64,000 bases of DNA from Candidatus Poribacteria bacterium. Lineage in GTDB: Bacteria > Poribacteria > WGA-4E > PCPOR2b. The stretch covers positions 9,118 to 73,117 of the forward strand of contig JAJEAL010000013.1 in assembly GCA_022822785.1 (NCBI GenBank), in the 5' to 3' direction. The notes under the pieces were generated by a model. The model saw nothing but the letters and a program-made list of their open reading frames with translations, made no database searches and was not told where the DNA came from. The translations under genes and the position numbers were made by a program. How positions within the stretch are numbered: position 1 is the stretch's first letter; every line of letters starts with the position of its first letter. Below, piece after piece: positions 1 to 10,383 of this stretch.

Positions 1-522
1 ACGCTCGGACATCTGCATCGGCCACATGCCATCAGTGGAGCAAGCTATCCAATCCGATATGCAGGTTCGCCGCTGCCGTTGAGGTTTAATGAAGCTAACT
101 ATCGTAAGAAGGTATATCTGCTAGATGTTGCAACAACCAGTGATGTGGAAGTAGAAGACATTGAGATTCCTGTTTTCAAAGAACTCCACACCGTGACAGG
201 AAGCCTAGACGAAGTACTTTCAAAGGCAATGTCACCCGAGTGGAACGAAAAATATATTCAGGTACAACTGAGGCTTAATCGACCGGAGGTTGGCATCAGT
301 GACAAGATTCGGGAGGTATTTCATCAACATGGTGGAGATGTGTTAAGCGTTGAGGTCGAACTGCCGGCCCAATCAGACAGACCAGAGATACCGATGGAAG
401 ACATGCAGCAGCCATCGGAAATCTTTGAACAATTCTACAAGAAAAATTTTAACGAATCCCCTGACGAACTCATGATAAAAACGTTCCATGAGTTGCTCCA
501 ACTCGTCGAGGAACAGACATGA
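1..522 (+). CDS. sbcD: SbcD/Mre11 nuclease subunit, C-terminal part (5' end outside window)
   Basis: Frame 1 is open from base 1: LGHLHRP...IRYAGSPLPLRFNE, typical SbcD phosphoesterase motifs; overlaps the sbcC start (ATGA). Confidence 0.92.
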   Translation, partial: TLGHLHRPHAISGASYPIRYAGSPLPLRFNEANYRKKVYLLDVATTSDVEVEDIEIPVFKELHTVTGSLDEVLSKAMSPEWNEKYIQVQLRLNRPEVGISDKIREVFHQHGGDVLSVEVELPAQSDRPEIPMEDMQQPSEIFEQFYKKNFNESPDELMIKTFHELLQLVEEQT

Positions 523-3500
523 AATTATGTAAATTGAAACTTAAGAATCTAAACAGTTTCCGCGGAGAGATTGAACTCGATTTTGAAAAATCGCCGTTGG
601 ACGAGGCATCTCTTGTCGCAATTACTGGACCCACCGGTGCTGGAAAGACAACCCTGTTGGATGCGATCTGCGTCGCCCTATATGGCAGGACACCTCGCTT
701 GACAGGCAGCGGAGCCCAAAATCCGAGCCACCTCATCAGTCATGGTCAGAACGACGCTTATAGCGAAGTGCATTTTGAGGCGAACAACACACGTTACCTC
801 GCTGAATGGAATGTGAGACGTAAAAGCTCTCCAAAAGGACAGCTGCGTTGCATCGAGAACGATGAGCTAATCAGTGACAAGTTATCCGCCCGAGGTAAAT
901 CTCTAGGTTCCAGCGAAAATACAATCAGCGAAGAGATAGCCAATATCTTGGGACTTGATTTTGACGCATTTAAGCGGTCTGTTATGTTAGCGCAGGGGGA
1001 ATTTGCAGCGTTCTTAAAAGCAAAGGATGAGGAAAGACGAACAATTTTAGAAGCCACCGCTGGCGTTGATATCTACGATAGATTAAAAGACGCATTGAAT
1101 CAAAAGATGAGGGAGATCGAAGATATACATCAAGAAGTGATACAGAGGCTAAGCGGCATTCCAGAAGTTACTCCAGAACAACTCGCCGACTTGGAGGACC
1201 ACCTGAGAGATTTGCAGCGGAATGCCGAGGCGTTAGATGCTACTAGACAGCAGATTCAATCTGACAAACAGCGCGAGATGCAACGCGCAACGTTGTTTTC
1301 AGAACTTCACTTCGCCGAAGAACGTAATGAAGAACTATCGAACCAGCAAACGGAAATCGCAGCGCTCAAAACGGAGTTAGAGCAAGCGGATCGCGCGAAT
1401 TATCTTCGCCCTGAAAAACAGACATTTGATACAGCAAAAGCGGAACTCGGTGCAGCCGAGGTAGCATTCTGTCAGACTGAAACGGAGCTTGCCGATGCAC
1501 AGAAACAATTTGATGTGAATCGAACCGATTTTGGTGAAAAAGACAACGCTTATATAGCTGCGTTGGTTCAATCTAACCAGCAAGCCAATGATTACGACAC
1601 CGCGAGATTCGATGTAAGCCAAGCAACGGAGCGATTTACACGTGCTGCAGAATTGGAAGAGGATCAGGCGGAATTGGCCGCGCGTATCGAAAATTTCTTA
1701 ACTGAACTCACCGATGCTAAAGAGAGAGATGCCGCTTTAGAAGTAGAGGTCGGCACAATAGAAACCTTTTTGGCAGAGAATCAGCTTCCACAAGATCGGC
1801 AAGAACGCCTCACTTCTGCGAACACACTTCTCGCCGAACATCGGATAAAACAGGAACAGCTAACGGAAAGATCAGAAGCAGAAGCGGCGGCGGCATCGGA
1901 TGTTCAAAGATTATCAACAGTGCTAGTACAGTTAGATGCCCATCGAGAAGAAATCGCTGCTCGAAAAGAGGCATCAGCAGCATCACTAGCAGAGGCAGAT
2001 ACTACGTTAACAACATTACAGGAACAGGGACCTTTAGAGGAATGGGGGATCCGTAGACAAGGCGCTGAACAGGCACTGCCTATTGCGCTGCAATATGAAA
2101 CAATCCAAGATCAACTGGTTCAAGCGAAGGGCGATTTGCAGGGATTCCAAGCCCGTGTTGCCACACTTAATAGCGAACTTGAAAGAGTCACAAGCCAATT
2201 GGCCTGCCAATCGCAAGCGTGTCAGGATGCAGATGAGGGAGTCAAAAGATGGGAAGCGGAGCGAGAATCCGCGCTCTTGGTAGATCCTATCAATCAGCTG
2301 CGGCGGCGTCTTCAACCCGGTGAACCGTGCCCGGTATGTGGTGCTACGGAACATCTCTGTGGCAATGACATAGAACCTGAAGCCACAGAACAGTTGGAAA
2401 ACGTTGAAAACGCCTTAGCTAATGCTAGAGAGGTAGCGGAAAGAGCATATGAATGTCGGAAGGATCTGGAACGAGAACAGATTCGTATCAACCAAGATAT
2501 GAGTAACGTTACCGCCCAAGTTGAGGTAGCCCGTGAGGAGATACACCAACTAAAATCTGATGCCCAATCCACTATAATACAATGGCGGGAAATTTATCCC
2601 AACACTGAGGTTTCATCGAATTGGATTGATCAACAAGTTCGGGAAGCAGACACTGCTATTGAGAACCTGCAAAACGCCCATGAGTCACATACACAGGCAT
2701 CGCATCTTTGCCAAGAAATATCCCAGCAGCTCGAGAATCTTGAACAGAACGTCTCACGAGAAAAATCGGTGTTGGACGATGCCAAACAGAATTTGCAGGC
2801 AATCACCAATATGGTTCAAGATTTACACACCGAAATTGGGGCTATCAAGGTTCGATTTTGGGAATTGTTGCCTGACGCTTTCCACGGAATTGGGCTAGAG
2901 GAGGCTGTCAACCAATTTGCCGATAGGATTACGGCTGTAGCGACGCACGAGCAGGAACGCGATCAGAAAAGGAGTGAAATCGCACAACTCAACATCGGCA
3001 TCAGTGAAAAAGAGAGATCACTTGGAACGGAGTGCGAACGACACAGCAGGTTGGACACCGAAATCGAAGGCTATCGAGACGAAGGAAATGATTTTTTGGA
3101 CGCTGCCCGCGAGAAAACCGGCGGGCTTATAACCATAGATGAGATTAACGCAGCTGCAGAAGAACTGGAAGCGGCACTTCAGGCAAAAAGCACCCAACGC
3201 GATGAAGCCGAACAACTGTTTCAAGCGAGTCAGACGGCACTTACAGAAACGCGAACGAACCATTCACACCATCAATCTCGACGTACCGAATATTCTCAGA
3301 AATTTGAAACAGCGAGGACTAACTACTTGGCAAAGTTAAATGAGGCAGGCTTTGACTCCCCAGAAGCGCATGATAGCGCATTCCGAGAAGAAGACTCGAG
3401 ACAAGAGTTGGTAGAAATAATAGCAGCCTATAGTGAGGAAAAACAGGCACTTGAGGTCCAAATCGCCAAATTAAGGGCGATATTTGAGGAAAATCCGTTT

Positions 3501-4163
3501 AACCCAGAGGTATTAGCAGCCCTCCAAACCTCTGAGCAGGAAAACGAGAAAGAAATTGAGGAGAAACAGCAAGAAATTGGCGCGCAGCGGACGGAAATTA
3601 ATCGCCTGAAAGATGCGCTTGCCCAGCGGATAGCGATTGACGCTGAAATACAGCAATCGGGGCATGAATTGGAGCGCTGGCAGCGTCTACAAAACACTAT
3701 TCCTGCGAATAACCTGCGTGATTTCGCACTGGATATTATGTTCCAGCAGATGGGTCGTTTAGCCAACGCACAGTTGGAGTACCTGACCTTAGAACGCTAC
3801 CAGCTCAAGGTCGAAGGTATCGGTAAGCTTACCATCATCGACAGGTGGAACGCGAATGACGAGCGCCCCGTCGAAACGTTGTCCGGTGGGGAGTCCTTTC
3901 TGACTAGTCTTGCCTTGGCACTTGCGCTTTCTGAGCTCAGTCGTGGACGTGCTCAGATTAATTCTCTCTTCCTCGATGAAGGTTTCGGGACACTTGATTC
4001 GGAAACGCTTGACGTTGCCATCGCTGCGCTTGAAGGATTGCAGATGCAAGGACGGAGTATCTTTCTTATTAGCCACGTTGGAGAGTTGACGCGGCGTATT
4101 CCTGTCCGCATCGCTGTCGAAAAAAGGGGGAATGGGAGTTCGCGGGTGCAAATACGCGGCTAA
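519..4163 (+). CDS. sbcC: SbcC/Rad50 SMC-like ATPase
   Basis: Walker A GPTGAGKT, long coiled coil with CPVCG zinc hook, LSGGE signature, LFLDEGFGTLD Walker B/D-loop, ISH H-loop. Confidence 0.96.
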   Translation: MKLCKLKLKNLNSFRGEIELDFEKSPLDEASLVAITGPTGAGKTTLLDAICVALYGRTPRLTGSGAQNPSHLISHGQNDAYSEVHFEANNTRYLAEWNVRRKSSPKGQLRCIENDELISDKLSARGKSLGSSENTISEEIANILGLDFDAFKRSVMLAQGEFAAFLKAKDEERRTILEATAGVDIYDRLKDALNQKMREIEDIHQEVIQRLSGIPEVTPEQLADLEDHLRDLQRNAEALDATRQQIQSDKQREMQRATLFSELHFAEERNEELSNQQTEIAALKTELEQADRANYLRPEKQTFDTAKAELGAAEVAFCQTETELADAQKQFDVNRTDFGEKDNAYIAALVQSNQQANDYDTARFDVSQATERFTRAAELEEDQAELAARIENFLTELTDAKERDAALEVEVGTIETFLAENQLPQDRQERLTSANTLLAEHRIKQEQLTERSEAEAAAASDVQRLSTVLVQLDAHREEIAARKEASAASLAEADTTLTTLQEQGPLEEWGIRRQGAEQALPIALQYETIQDQLVQAKGDLQGFQARVATLNSELERVTSQLACQSQACQDADEGVKRWEAERESALLVDPINQLRRRLQPGEPCPVCGATEHLCGNDIEPEATEQLENVENALANAREVAERAYECRKDLEREQIRINQDMSNVTAQVEVAREEIHQLKSDAQSTIIQWREIYPNTEVSSNWIDQQVREADTAIENLQNAHESHTQASHLCQEISQQLENLEQNVSREKSVLDDAKQNLQAITNMVQDLHTEIGAIKVRFWELLPDAFHGIGLEEAVNQFADRITAVATHEQERDQKRSEIAQLNIGISEKERSLGTECERHSRLDTEIEGYRDEGNDFLDAAREKTGGLITIDEINAAAEELEAALQAKSTQRDEAEQLFQASQTALTETRTNHSHHQSRRTEYSQKFETARTNYLAKLNEAGFDSPEAHDSAFREEDSRQELVEIIAAYSEEKQALEVQIAKLRAIFEENPFNPEVLAALQTSEQENEKEIEEKQQEIGAQRTEINRLKDALAQRIAIDAEIQQSGHELERWQRLQNTIPANNLRDFALDIMFQQMGRLANAQLEYLTLERYQLKVEGIGKLTIIDRWNANDERPVETLSGGESFLTSLALALALSELSRGRAQINSLFLDEGFGTLDSETLDVAIAALEGLQMQGRSIFLISHVGELTRRIPVRIAVEKRGNGSSRVQIRG

Positions 4164-4182
4164 TTGTATAGGAGACCAGACG

Positions 4183-4839
4183 ATGAAACTACTTTCAGTA
4201 AACGTTGCACAACCAAAGGAAGTGTCGTATAACGGTGAACGTATCAGAACAGGGATTTTCAAAAAGCCTGTATCTGGTGGGACAATGATGCGACGATTGA
4301 ATCTTGATGGTGATGGGCAGGGCGACCTGAGCGTTCACGGCGGCATCCACAAAGCTGTTTACGCTTATCCAATGGAGCACTATGACTATTGGAAACGCGA
4401 ACTAGGTCGCGACGATTTGACCTATGGACAGTTTGGTGAAAACTTAACTGTAGAAGGGCTATTAGAGGAAGCGGTTCACATCGGAGATGTTTTTCGGGTA
4501 GGCGAGGCGGTGATCGAAGTGTCCCAGCCGCGTGTCCCTTGCTTCAAATTGGGCATTAAAATGGGGATACCAGAAATTGTAAAGCCATTCTTGGCAAATG
4601 GACGGGTGGGGTTTTACGTACGTGTGCTGGAAGAAGGGGAAGTGCGCGCCGGCAATACGATCGAGCGGACAAAAATCGGCGATGGGGAAATGACGGTGAA
4701 AGAGATTGTCCACCTGCGCCACTTCGACAATGCGAATACAGTGGGCATAGAGAAAGCGATAAACCTTCCTGCCCTTTCCCCCAGCTGGCGCAACTCATTC
4801 GAGGAAATTCTGGTCAAAGCTCGCGGGAGCAGCAGGTAA
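4183..4839 (+). CDS. MOSC domain protein (YiiM-like)
   Basis: RTGIFKKPV, GDGQGDLSVHGG..KAVYAY, FGENLTVEG, SQPRVPCFK motifs; ATG at 4183 after a GGAG RBS. Confidence 0.9.
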   Translation: MKLLSVNVAQPKEVSYNGERIRTGIFKKPVSGGTMMRRLNLDGDGQGDLSVHGGIHKAVYAYPMEHYDYWKRELGRDDLTYGQFGENLTVEGLLEEAVHIGDVFRVGEAVIEVSQPRVPCFKLGIKMGIPEIVKPFLANGRVGFYVRVLEEGEVRAGNTIERTKIGDGEMTVKEIVHLRHFDNANTVGIEKAINLPALSPSWRNSFEEILVKARGSSR

Positions 4840-5516
4840 TGAAGCCGCAAACGTCCCTGATTATGGCGGTAAGTCTCGACGGCAAAATCTCTACACGGGA
4901 CGGTGCAGGTCCACGATTCGCAAGCGAGGCGGATGGAATACGGCTCCGGGAACTTAGGAGCCACGCCGATGCGATTCTTGTTGGTGCAGGAACAATCATC
5001 GCCGACGATCCGACATTCACTGAGAATGGGAAGTACAAGGAATTGCGTATTCAACGCGGCTTGGCACCCAATCCGATCAAAGCCGTTGTGAGTGGCCGCG
5101 GTAGCGTACCTGAAACCGCCCAGATGTTCCACCCGAATGGTGCACCTGCATTGGTGTTTACAACGGAGCGCATTTCTTCAAGCAGGCTTGTACCACTACA
5201 AAAGGTCGCGGAGATTTACCGTGTTGGCGAAACCACAGTCGACTTCCAGCGTGTGATTGAGATTTTGGGAGAGGTGTATCAAGTCAAGCAGTTGCTGATT
5301 GAAGGAGGCGGGCAAGTAAACTTCGACCTATTTCGGGCAGGATTAATTGACGAAGTATATCTCACTCTATGTCCGAAAGTCATTGGTGGAAAAGATGTGC
5401 TGACAAGCGTCGAAGGAGCTGGATTCAACTTCCTCGATATCGTTGACGTTGAACTGCTAGACCATCGCCTTGTAGGCGATGAAATTTTTCTGCATTATCG
5501 CGTTTGTAAAGACTGA
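4839..5516 (+). CDS. RibD C-terminal/DHFR-fold NADPH reductase family protein
   Basis: AVSLDGKI, DAILVGAGT..ADDP, LLIEGGG, LIDEVYLTLCPKVIGG; TAATG overlap with the MOSC gene. Confidence 0.88.
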   Translation: MKPQTSLIMAVSLDGKISTRDGAGPRFASEADGIRLRELRSHADAILVGAGTIIADDPTFTENGKYKELRIQRGLAPNPIKAVVSGRGSVPETAQMFHPNGAPALVFTTERISSSRLVPLQKVAEIYRVGETTVDFQRVIEILGEVYQVKQLLIEGGGQVNFDLFRAGLIDEVYLTLCPKVIGGKDVLTSVEGAGFNFLDIVDVELLDHRLVGDEIFLHYRVCKD

Positions 5517-5536
5517 AATCTACATTGTGAAACGTG

Positions 5537-6847
5537 CTACTCAGAATCCGAGTCCGATGGTGGTGGGTCTTCTTGTTTAACCCGATCCCCTTTTTTAATC
5601 TCACCAAATCCTTCAATAATCTTCACTCTGGAAAGTCGATCGCTTTGAACTTCGACAACCGTGACTACGCCCACTGATTTAGGTATCACCCCGAGCACAT
5701 CACCTGTGTCTGGATCCACCAGCGATTCAATCGTGTAAACCCTCAGTTGCTGGTCAACTGCAACACCTTTGTCAGAACCGATGTTGATATAGGTATTTTC
5801 TGGGTCCTTTGAATCAACGTAAACGATTGCGCCCTGAACCGCTGCAGGTTGGGGTGAGGTTTTTCCGGGCTTGCTCAGGTCATTTTGAACTGCCACATCA
5901 GAACCGGGCAGCGCGGGACCAATGTTTTCACGTAAAGCCAACACTACCTTATGCAAAGCCTCGTCCGTCGCCATGCCAAATAGGGTCTTATCATATTCAG
6001 CACTGCCAAATTCAATCTGGTTCAACTCCGCAGGGGCAACGATTGGGCGGGGCAGCCTTTTGCGCCCTGGTGACTGTCCGAATTGCGTTTCTGTCCCCTC
6101 TTCAGTTATAACCCATTCGACGGGACCTATCCTGCTCCCGCCAACCTGGTGCTGTTTTCTGCCTGAAATCTTTGGGGTGTCAATTTCATTGCCTGATGTG
6201 CTGAAGATTCGCATTTCAAGCTGGACAGAGGCGATATAAAGACTTCCCATTAGCTGTACGCCCCCAACATAACTAGCTGTCGCACCTTGATACCCTGCCC
6301 CACCTTGTCTTATCAGGCGTCCAGCATTCGCCTTCACTCGCTCTTGGTTGAACTTCCGTATATCACCCACGATGAGTGCTTCGACATTGAGTGTCTTTGC
6401 TAGCTGCGCCCGTTTTTTTGAATCGGATTGAAGTCCTCTCCTAGAGAATCCCAGCTCCGCCATCGCATCTAGCAATTCATCTTGGCTAACCGGTTCGTAG
6501 ACCTCTGATTTCCCCAATTTTCGATTGAGTAACTCGGTGAACCCTTCTTTCAGATACCATCTCTTATGGTGCTTACGTCCCCCGAAGAATTTACCGAAAG
6601 GTCCAGTGGGAATACAGCCGCAGCCTGTTGGATGATCGAAGCGACTATGGTCGTCAAAATATAGGACAACAACCCGTTTTGGCGCGGCAAGGCTGCTGGG
6701 TGCGGGTAGAATCAGGAAACCTAATGCCATCACAGCAGCCAAGTATTTAGTCAGTCGCGTACACAGGCGATATGCACATGGATATTGAATTTTCACGCTA
6801 AAATTATATCCTTTTTGAATATTCTTGCCCCACACCTTATTGGGCAA
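5537..6847 (-). CDS. Exported CsgG/TolB-N-like protein with C-terminal FlgT-like beta domain (start uncertain, possibly 6730)
   Basis: Signal-like hydrophobic segment, RVVVLYFDD, VEALIVGDIRKF, and C-terminal YINIGSDKGV...LVDPDTGDVLG...KKGDRV. Confidence 0.6.
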   Translation of the reverse strand: MPNKVWGKNIQKGYNFSVKIQYPCAYRLCTRLTKYLAAVMALGFLILPAPSSLAAPKRVVVLYFDDHSRFDHPTGCGCIPTGPFGKFFGGRKHHKRWYLKEGFTELLNRKLGKSEVYEPVSQDELLDAMAELGFSRRGLQSDSKKRAQLAKTLNVEALIVGDIRKFNQERVKANAGRLIRQGGAGYQGATASYVGGVQLMGSLYIASVQLEMRIFSTSGNEIDTPKISGRKQHQVGGSRIGPVEWVITEEGTETQFGQSPGRKRLPRPIVAPAELNQIEFGSAEYDKTLFGMATDEALHKVVLALRENIGPALPGSDVAVQNDLSKPGKTSPQPAAVQGAIVYVDSKDPENTYINIGSDKGVAVDQQLRVYTIESLVDPDTGDVLGVIPKSVGVVTVVEVQSDRLSRVKIIEGFGEIKKGDRVKQEDPPPSDSDSE

Positions 6848-6901
6848 CCTAGGTGATTATTAGTAAAACGATTCGATAATAGAGCCCCAATCCGCTCAAG
6901 C

Positions 6902-7315
6902 TTACAGATTCTGCTCATATTTGATAAAAATTGCTCTAATCTGTCTTTCCGCTTCCGCACTTGTAACGGTGATAGCGGCTATGCGGCGTTTCTTTTCTTC
7001 GCGCTTTATTTCTTCGTTATATGTGGTTGTTTCTCCCGTTTGTATCCGATCGAATCCGTGAATAACGATTCCGTCAGCACCCGCCGCGCGTGCCTTTGCT
7101 TCTAGTTTCTTTTGCAAGTTTTCTGTGCTGATGCCTTCATGCGCTTGTGCAATAACATGGCCCATCACTTGATAATCTTCCCTGATATCCTGTTCTGAAA
7201 AGTAAAGATCCACATGCGTGGTAGGTGGGTAAGATTGCCCAATATAGTCAATTTTGGCGCAAGCAGCGCTGAACAGGACCAATAATGCTAGAAGTGACAC
7301 GGTGTATTTCAACAT
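6902..7315 (-). CDS. Small lipoprotein, YbjQ/heavy-metal-binding-like fold
   Basis: MLKYTVSLLALLVLFSAAC lipobox; L..KARAAGADGIVI motif; GGGGA RBS before ATG 7315. Confidence 0.65.
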   Translation of the reverse strand: MLKYTVSLLALLVLFSAACAKIDYIGQSYPPTTHVDLYFSEQDIREDYQVMGHVIAQAHEGISTENLQKKLEAKARAAGADGIVIHGFDRIQTGETTTYNEEIKREEKKRRIAAITVTSAEAERQIRAIFIKYEQNL

Positions 7316-7420
7316 GATAATCCCCCATGAAAGTGAATTCGGTGAGTTAATCGGTTCTACAAATACTTTTCCAAGCCAGATAAGATCTGATACTATGCTC
7401 TCTAGCTTTATCAACCATAG

Positions 7421-7435
7421 GCAATTAAGATGCCA
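7421..7435 (-). promoter_or_regulatory. Putative sigma54 (-24/-12) promoter
   Basis: Minus strand TGGCAT-CTTAA-TTGC, about 105 bp upstream of the lipoprotein gene. Confidence 0.5.
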
Positions 7436-7667
7436 CAGTTATATCAAACCACCTAAAAAGAATGGTGTAAGAACCGAATTGTCCCGAAAACACTGCCTCC
7501 GGGGGATTTCGCATCTGCTTTTGGCACACAATACAATTTCATAGAGCATGGCATACTCATAGAGCGGCTGTCGAAATTGTGCCACACCCTCGTCTCAAAA
7601 ACGCCACACTAATAGCAGGCTGTACCGATGTCTCGGCGCAATACAATACGAGCGAGCAACTCAATTT

Positions 7668-8162
7668 TTACGTGGAAATACCAGCGAGCAACACAGCCGT
7701 TGGCATTGACGTCTCTTGAGCTTTCTTGAATGCCTCGCTGATAAAGGGAATATCATCATCGGTCTCAATGATGTTATACGGAAATCCCCACGCCTTGAGC
7801 GTTGGCTCCAAAAATGTCGCGGCGGTGTCTACGCGCGGCGCATCAGGTCCCATTGTCTGATACCCCCGGTAGCCGATTAACGATACTAAGGGGACTTCCA
7901 TATTAAAAACTGTGCCTCGGATGGCGTCTCCAGACTCCAAAAACCCTGTGTTCTGGATGATGACTACTGGGTGTTTCCCACCAACGTATAACCCCGATGC
8001 GAGCGCGAATGCTTCACCTTCGCGAGTGACATTGATGACATCGATTTCGGGGGTTTCGTGGAGCCGTTTGAAAATTTGCGCTGTCCCGTTGTCGGGCAAG
8101 CCGATCGCATGGGTCACGTTCCATCTGTTTAACTCGTCTACAATCTTCTGTGCGGATACCAA
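7668..8162 (-). CDS. ThDP enzyme PYR-domain-only subunit (ComD/phosphonopyruvate decarboxylase alpha-like)
   Basis: VTREGEAFALASG, VIIQNTGFLESGDA, LIGYRG; 164 aa; GAGGAGG RBS before TTG. Confidence 0.8.
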   Translation of the reverse strand: MVSAQKIVDELNRWNVTHAIGLPDNGTAQIFKRLHETPEIDVINVTREGEAFALASGLYVGGKHPVVIIQNTGFLESGDAIRGTVFNMEVPLVSLIGYRGYQTMGPDAPRVDTAATFLEPTLKAWGFPYNIIETDDDIPFISEAFKKAQETSMPTAVLLAGIST

Positions 8163-8199
8163 ATTGTGTTCCTCCTCAATGAATCGCTATCCCTTCTTG

Positions 8200-10143
8200 C
8201 TACTGCCGCCCTTCGACGAGCGAATCGACAACTGCCGGTTCAGCGAGTGTTGACGTATCCCCAAGATCGTCAAGTTCTCCTTCAGCGATTTTCCGAAGGA
8301 TGCGGCGCATAATCTTGCCCGATCGGGTTTTGGGAAGCACCGGCGCAAACTGAATCTTGTCCGGGGTCGCGTGGGGACCGATATGCTGGCGAACGGCACT
8401 CCTGATACCGGTCTCAATTTCATCTGAAGGAGATAAACCACTCATCAATGTGACATAAGCGTAGATACCTTGTCCCTTAATCTCGTGCGGGTAACCGACG
8501 ACCGCGGCTTCAGCGACGGTTTCATGCTGTCCAATAGCCCCCTCAACTTCGGCAGTGCCTAAACGGTGTCCAGAGATATTCAGCACATCGTCAACGCGCC
8601 CGGTGATCCAGTAATAACCGTCTTCGTCGCGCAGAGCACCATCGCCGGTCATATAGTAGCCGGGGAATCGGTCAAAATAGGTTTCGCGGAAGCGCTCGTG
8701 GTTGCCGTAAACGGTTCGCATCACGCCGGGCCATGCGGTCTTGATACACAAGTATCCACGTGCCGGGTTGCCTTCCACCTCTTCACCTTCTTCGTCTAGA
8801 ATCACAGGTTCAATTCCGAAGAAGGGGAAGGTTGCGGAGCCGGGTTTAAGTGGTGTAGCCCCCGGTAACGGCGTCATCAAAATTCCGCCGGTTTCAGTTT
8901 GCCACCATGTATCAACAATTGGGCATTGCCCTCCTCCGACGATGTGGTAGTACCAGAGCCATTCAGGTTCCTTAATGGGCTCACCAACAGTACCTAACAG
9001 CCTCAGGGTAGATCGGCTATGTTTTGTGACCCAGTCATTTCCTTCCTTCATCAAGGCACGCAAGGCGGTTGGTGCGGTGTAGAAGAGATTAACTTGGTGC
9101 TTGTCGACCACCTGCCAGTAACGTCCGAAATCAGGATAGGTTGGGATACTTTCAAACATGAGGGTAATCGCACGGTTTGAAAGGGGACCGTACACAATAT
9201 AAGAGTGACCCGTAATCCAACCGATATCAGCGGCGCAGAAATAAACATCACCTTCGTGATAATCGAAAACCATCTCGTGGGTAAATGATGTATAGACGAG
9301 GTAGCCACCGGTTGTATGTAATACTCCTTTGGGTTGACCTGTTGAACCGGAAGTATAGAGGATAAACAGCGGATCTTCGGCATCCATCTCCTCAGGTGGG
9401 CATTCCTCATCAGCATCTGCCATTGCTTCGTGCCACCATACGTCACGTGATGGATCGAAATCAACGGGATCGCCGGTGCGGCGGACAACAATGACACCTT
9501 CAATCGACGGACAGTCCACCACAGCTGCATCGCCATTGGCTTTCATCGGGATACCACTACGGTCTCCACGAAACGCGGTATCCTGAGTAATTAGCAGTTT
9601 ACACTCCGAATCGTTAATGCGATCGCGTAGGGAATCAGCAGAAAACGCGCCGAACACAACGGAATGGACTGCGCCGATACGCGCACATGCTAGCATGGCA
9701 ATCGTCAGTTCCGGAACCATTTGCAGATAGATACAGACACGGTCGCCTTTACGGACACCTTGCGCCTTGAGAACGTTAGCAAAGCGTTTTACTTGTCCCA
9801 ACAACTCACTGTAAGTAAAGGTTTTATCCTCGTCGGGATTGTTACCCTCCCAAATAATTGCGGTTGCATCGCCATGTCCGGCTTCCACATGTCGGTCAAG
9901 ACAGTTGTAGCAAGCGTTCAACTTTCCGCCATCAAACCACTTAATGTTGGCGTTCACAAAGTCATACTCTCGGACGGTGTCCCACTGCTTATACCATGTA
10001 ATGCGTTCAGCGACATTCGCCCAGAAAGCCTCTGGATCAGCCACTGATTCATCGTACATCTTTTGATATTGCTCCATGTCGCTTATATGGGCGTTGGAGA
10101 TTGGATAATTTGTATTTTCTGGTGGAAATATCTTGGCTGCCAT
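8200..10143 (-). CDS. acs: Acetyl-CoA synthetase (AMP-forming)
   Basis: [44 protein letters not shown]. Confidence 0.96.
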   Translation of the reverse strand: MAAKIFPPENTNYPISNAHISDMEQYQKMYDESVADPEAFWANVAERITWYKQWDTVREYDFVNANIKWFDGGKLNACYNCLDRHVEAGHGDATAIIWEGNNPDEDKTFTYSELLGQVKRFANVLKAQGVRKGDRVCIYLQMVPELTIAMLACARIGAVHSVVFGAFSADSLRDRINDSECKLLITQDTAFRGDRSGIPMKANGDAAVVDCPSIEGVIVVRRTGDPVDFDPSRDVWWHEAMADADEECPPEEMDAEDPLFILYTSGSTGQPKGVLHTTGGYLVYTSFTHEMVFDYHEGDVYFCAADIGWITGHSYIVYGPLSNRAITLMFESIPTYPDFGRYWQVVDKHQVNLFYTAPTALRALMKEGNDWVTKHSRSTLRLLGTVGEPIKEPEWLWYYHIVGGGQCPIVDTWWQTETGGILMTPLPGATPLKPGSATFPFFGIEPVILDEEGEEVEGNPARGYLCIKTAWPGVMRTVYGNHERFRETYFDRFPGYYMTGDGALRDEDGYYWITGRVDDVLNISGHRLGTAEVEGAIGQHETVAEAAVVGYPHEIKGQGIYAYVTLMSGLSPSDEIETGIRSAVRQHIGPHATPDKIQFAPVLPKTRSGKIMRRILRKIAEGELDDLGDTSTLAEPAVVDSLVEGRQ

Positions 10144-10172
10144 AAAATTCTCCTTAGAAATTTGTTTCATGT

Positions 10173-10200
10173 ATTATAAACTAAAATGGGGTATTGTCAA
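10173..10200 (-). promoter_or_regulatory. Sigma70-type promoter for acs
   Basis: Minus strand TTGACA-16 bp-TATAAT, 30 nt upstream of the start codon. Confidence 0.7.
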
Positions 10201-10229
10201 TCAAAAACATAGGGGCATTTAGTTTTTCT

Positions 10230-10287
10230 GTAGGAGGGATTTCCCAATCCCGACCCTTCACTCTCGGAGCGACTTCCAGACGCCGAC
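10230..10287 (+). repeat. Two degenerate REP-like 24-nt units
   Basis: TAGGAGGGATTTCCCAATCCCGAC (10231-10254; stem GGGATT/AATCCC, preceded by G to give GTAG) and TCGGAGCGACTTCCAGACGCCGAC (10264-10287), about 17/24 identical. Confidence 0.4.
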
Positions 10288-10383
10288 TTTTCAAACAAAA
10301 TGGCTAAAAACCCTAAAACTGAACAGCCCTATCCATACCTAGTTCTAAAGGCTTATATTAGCCGTTGAAAGATTGAGAGTACC

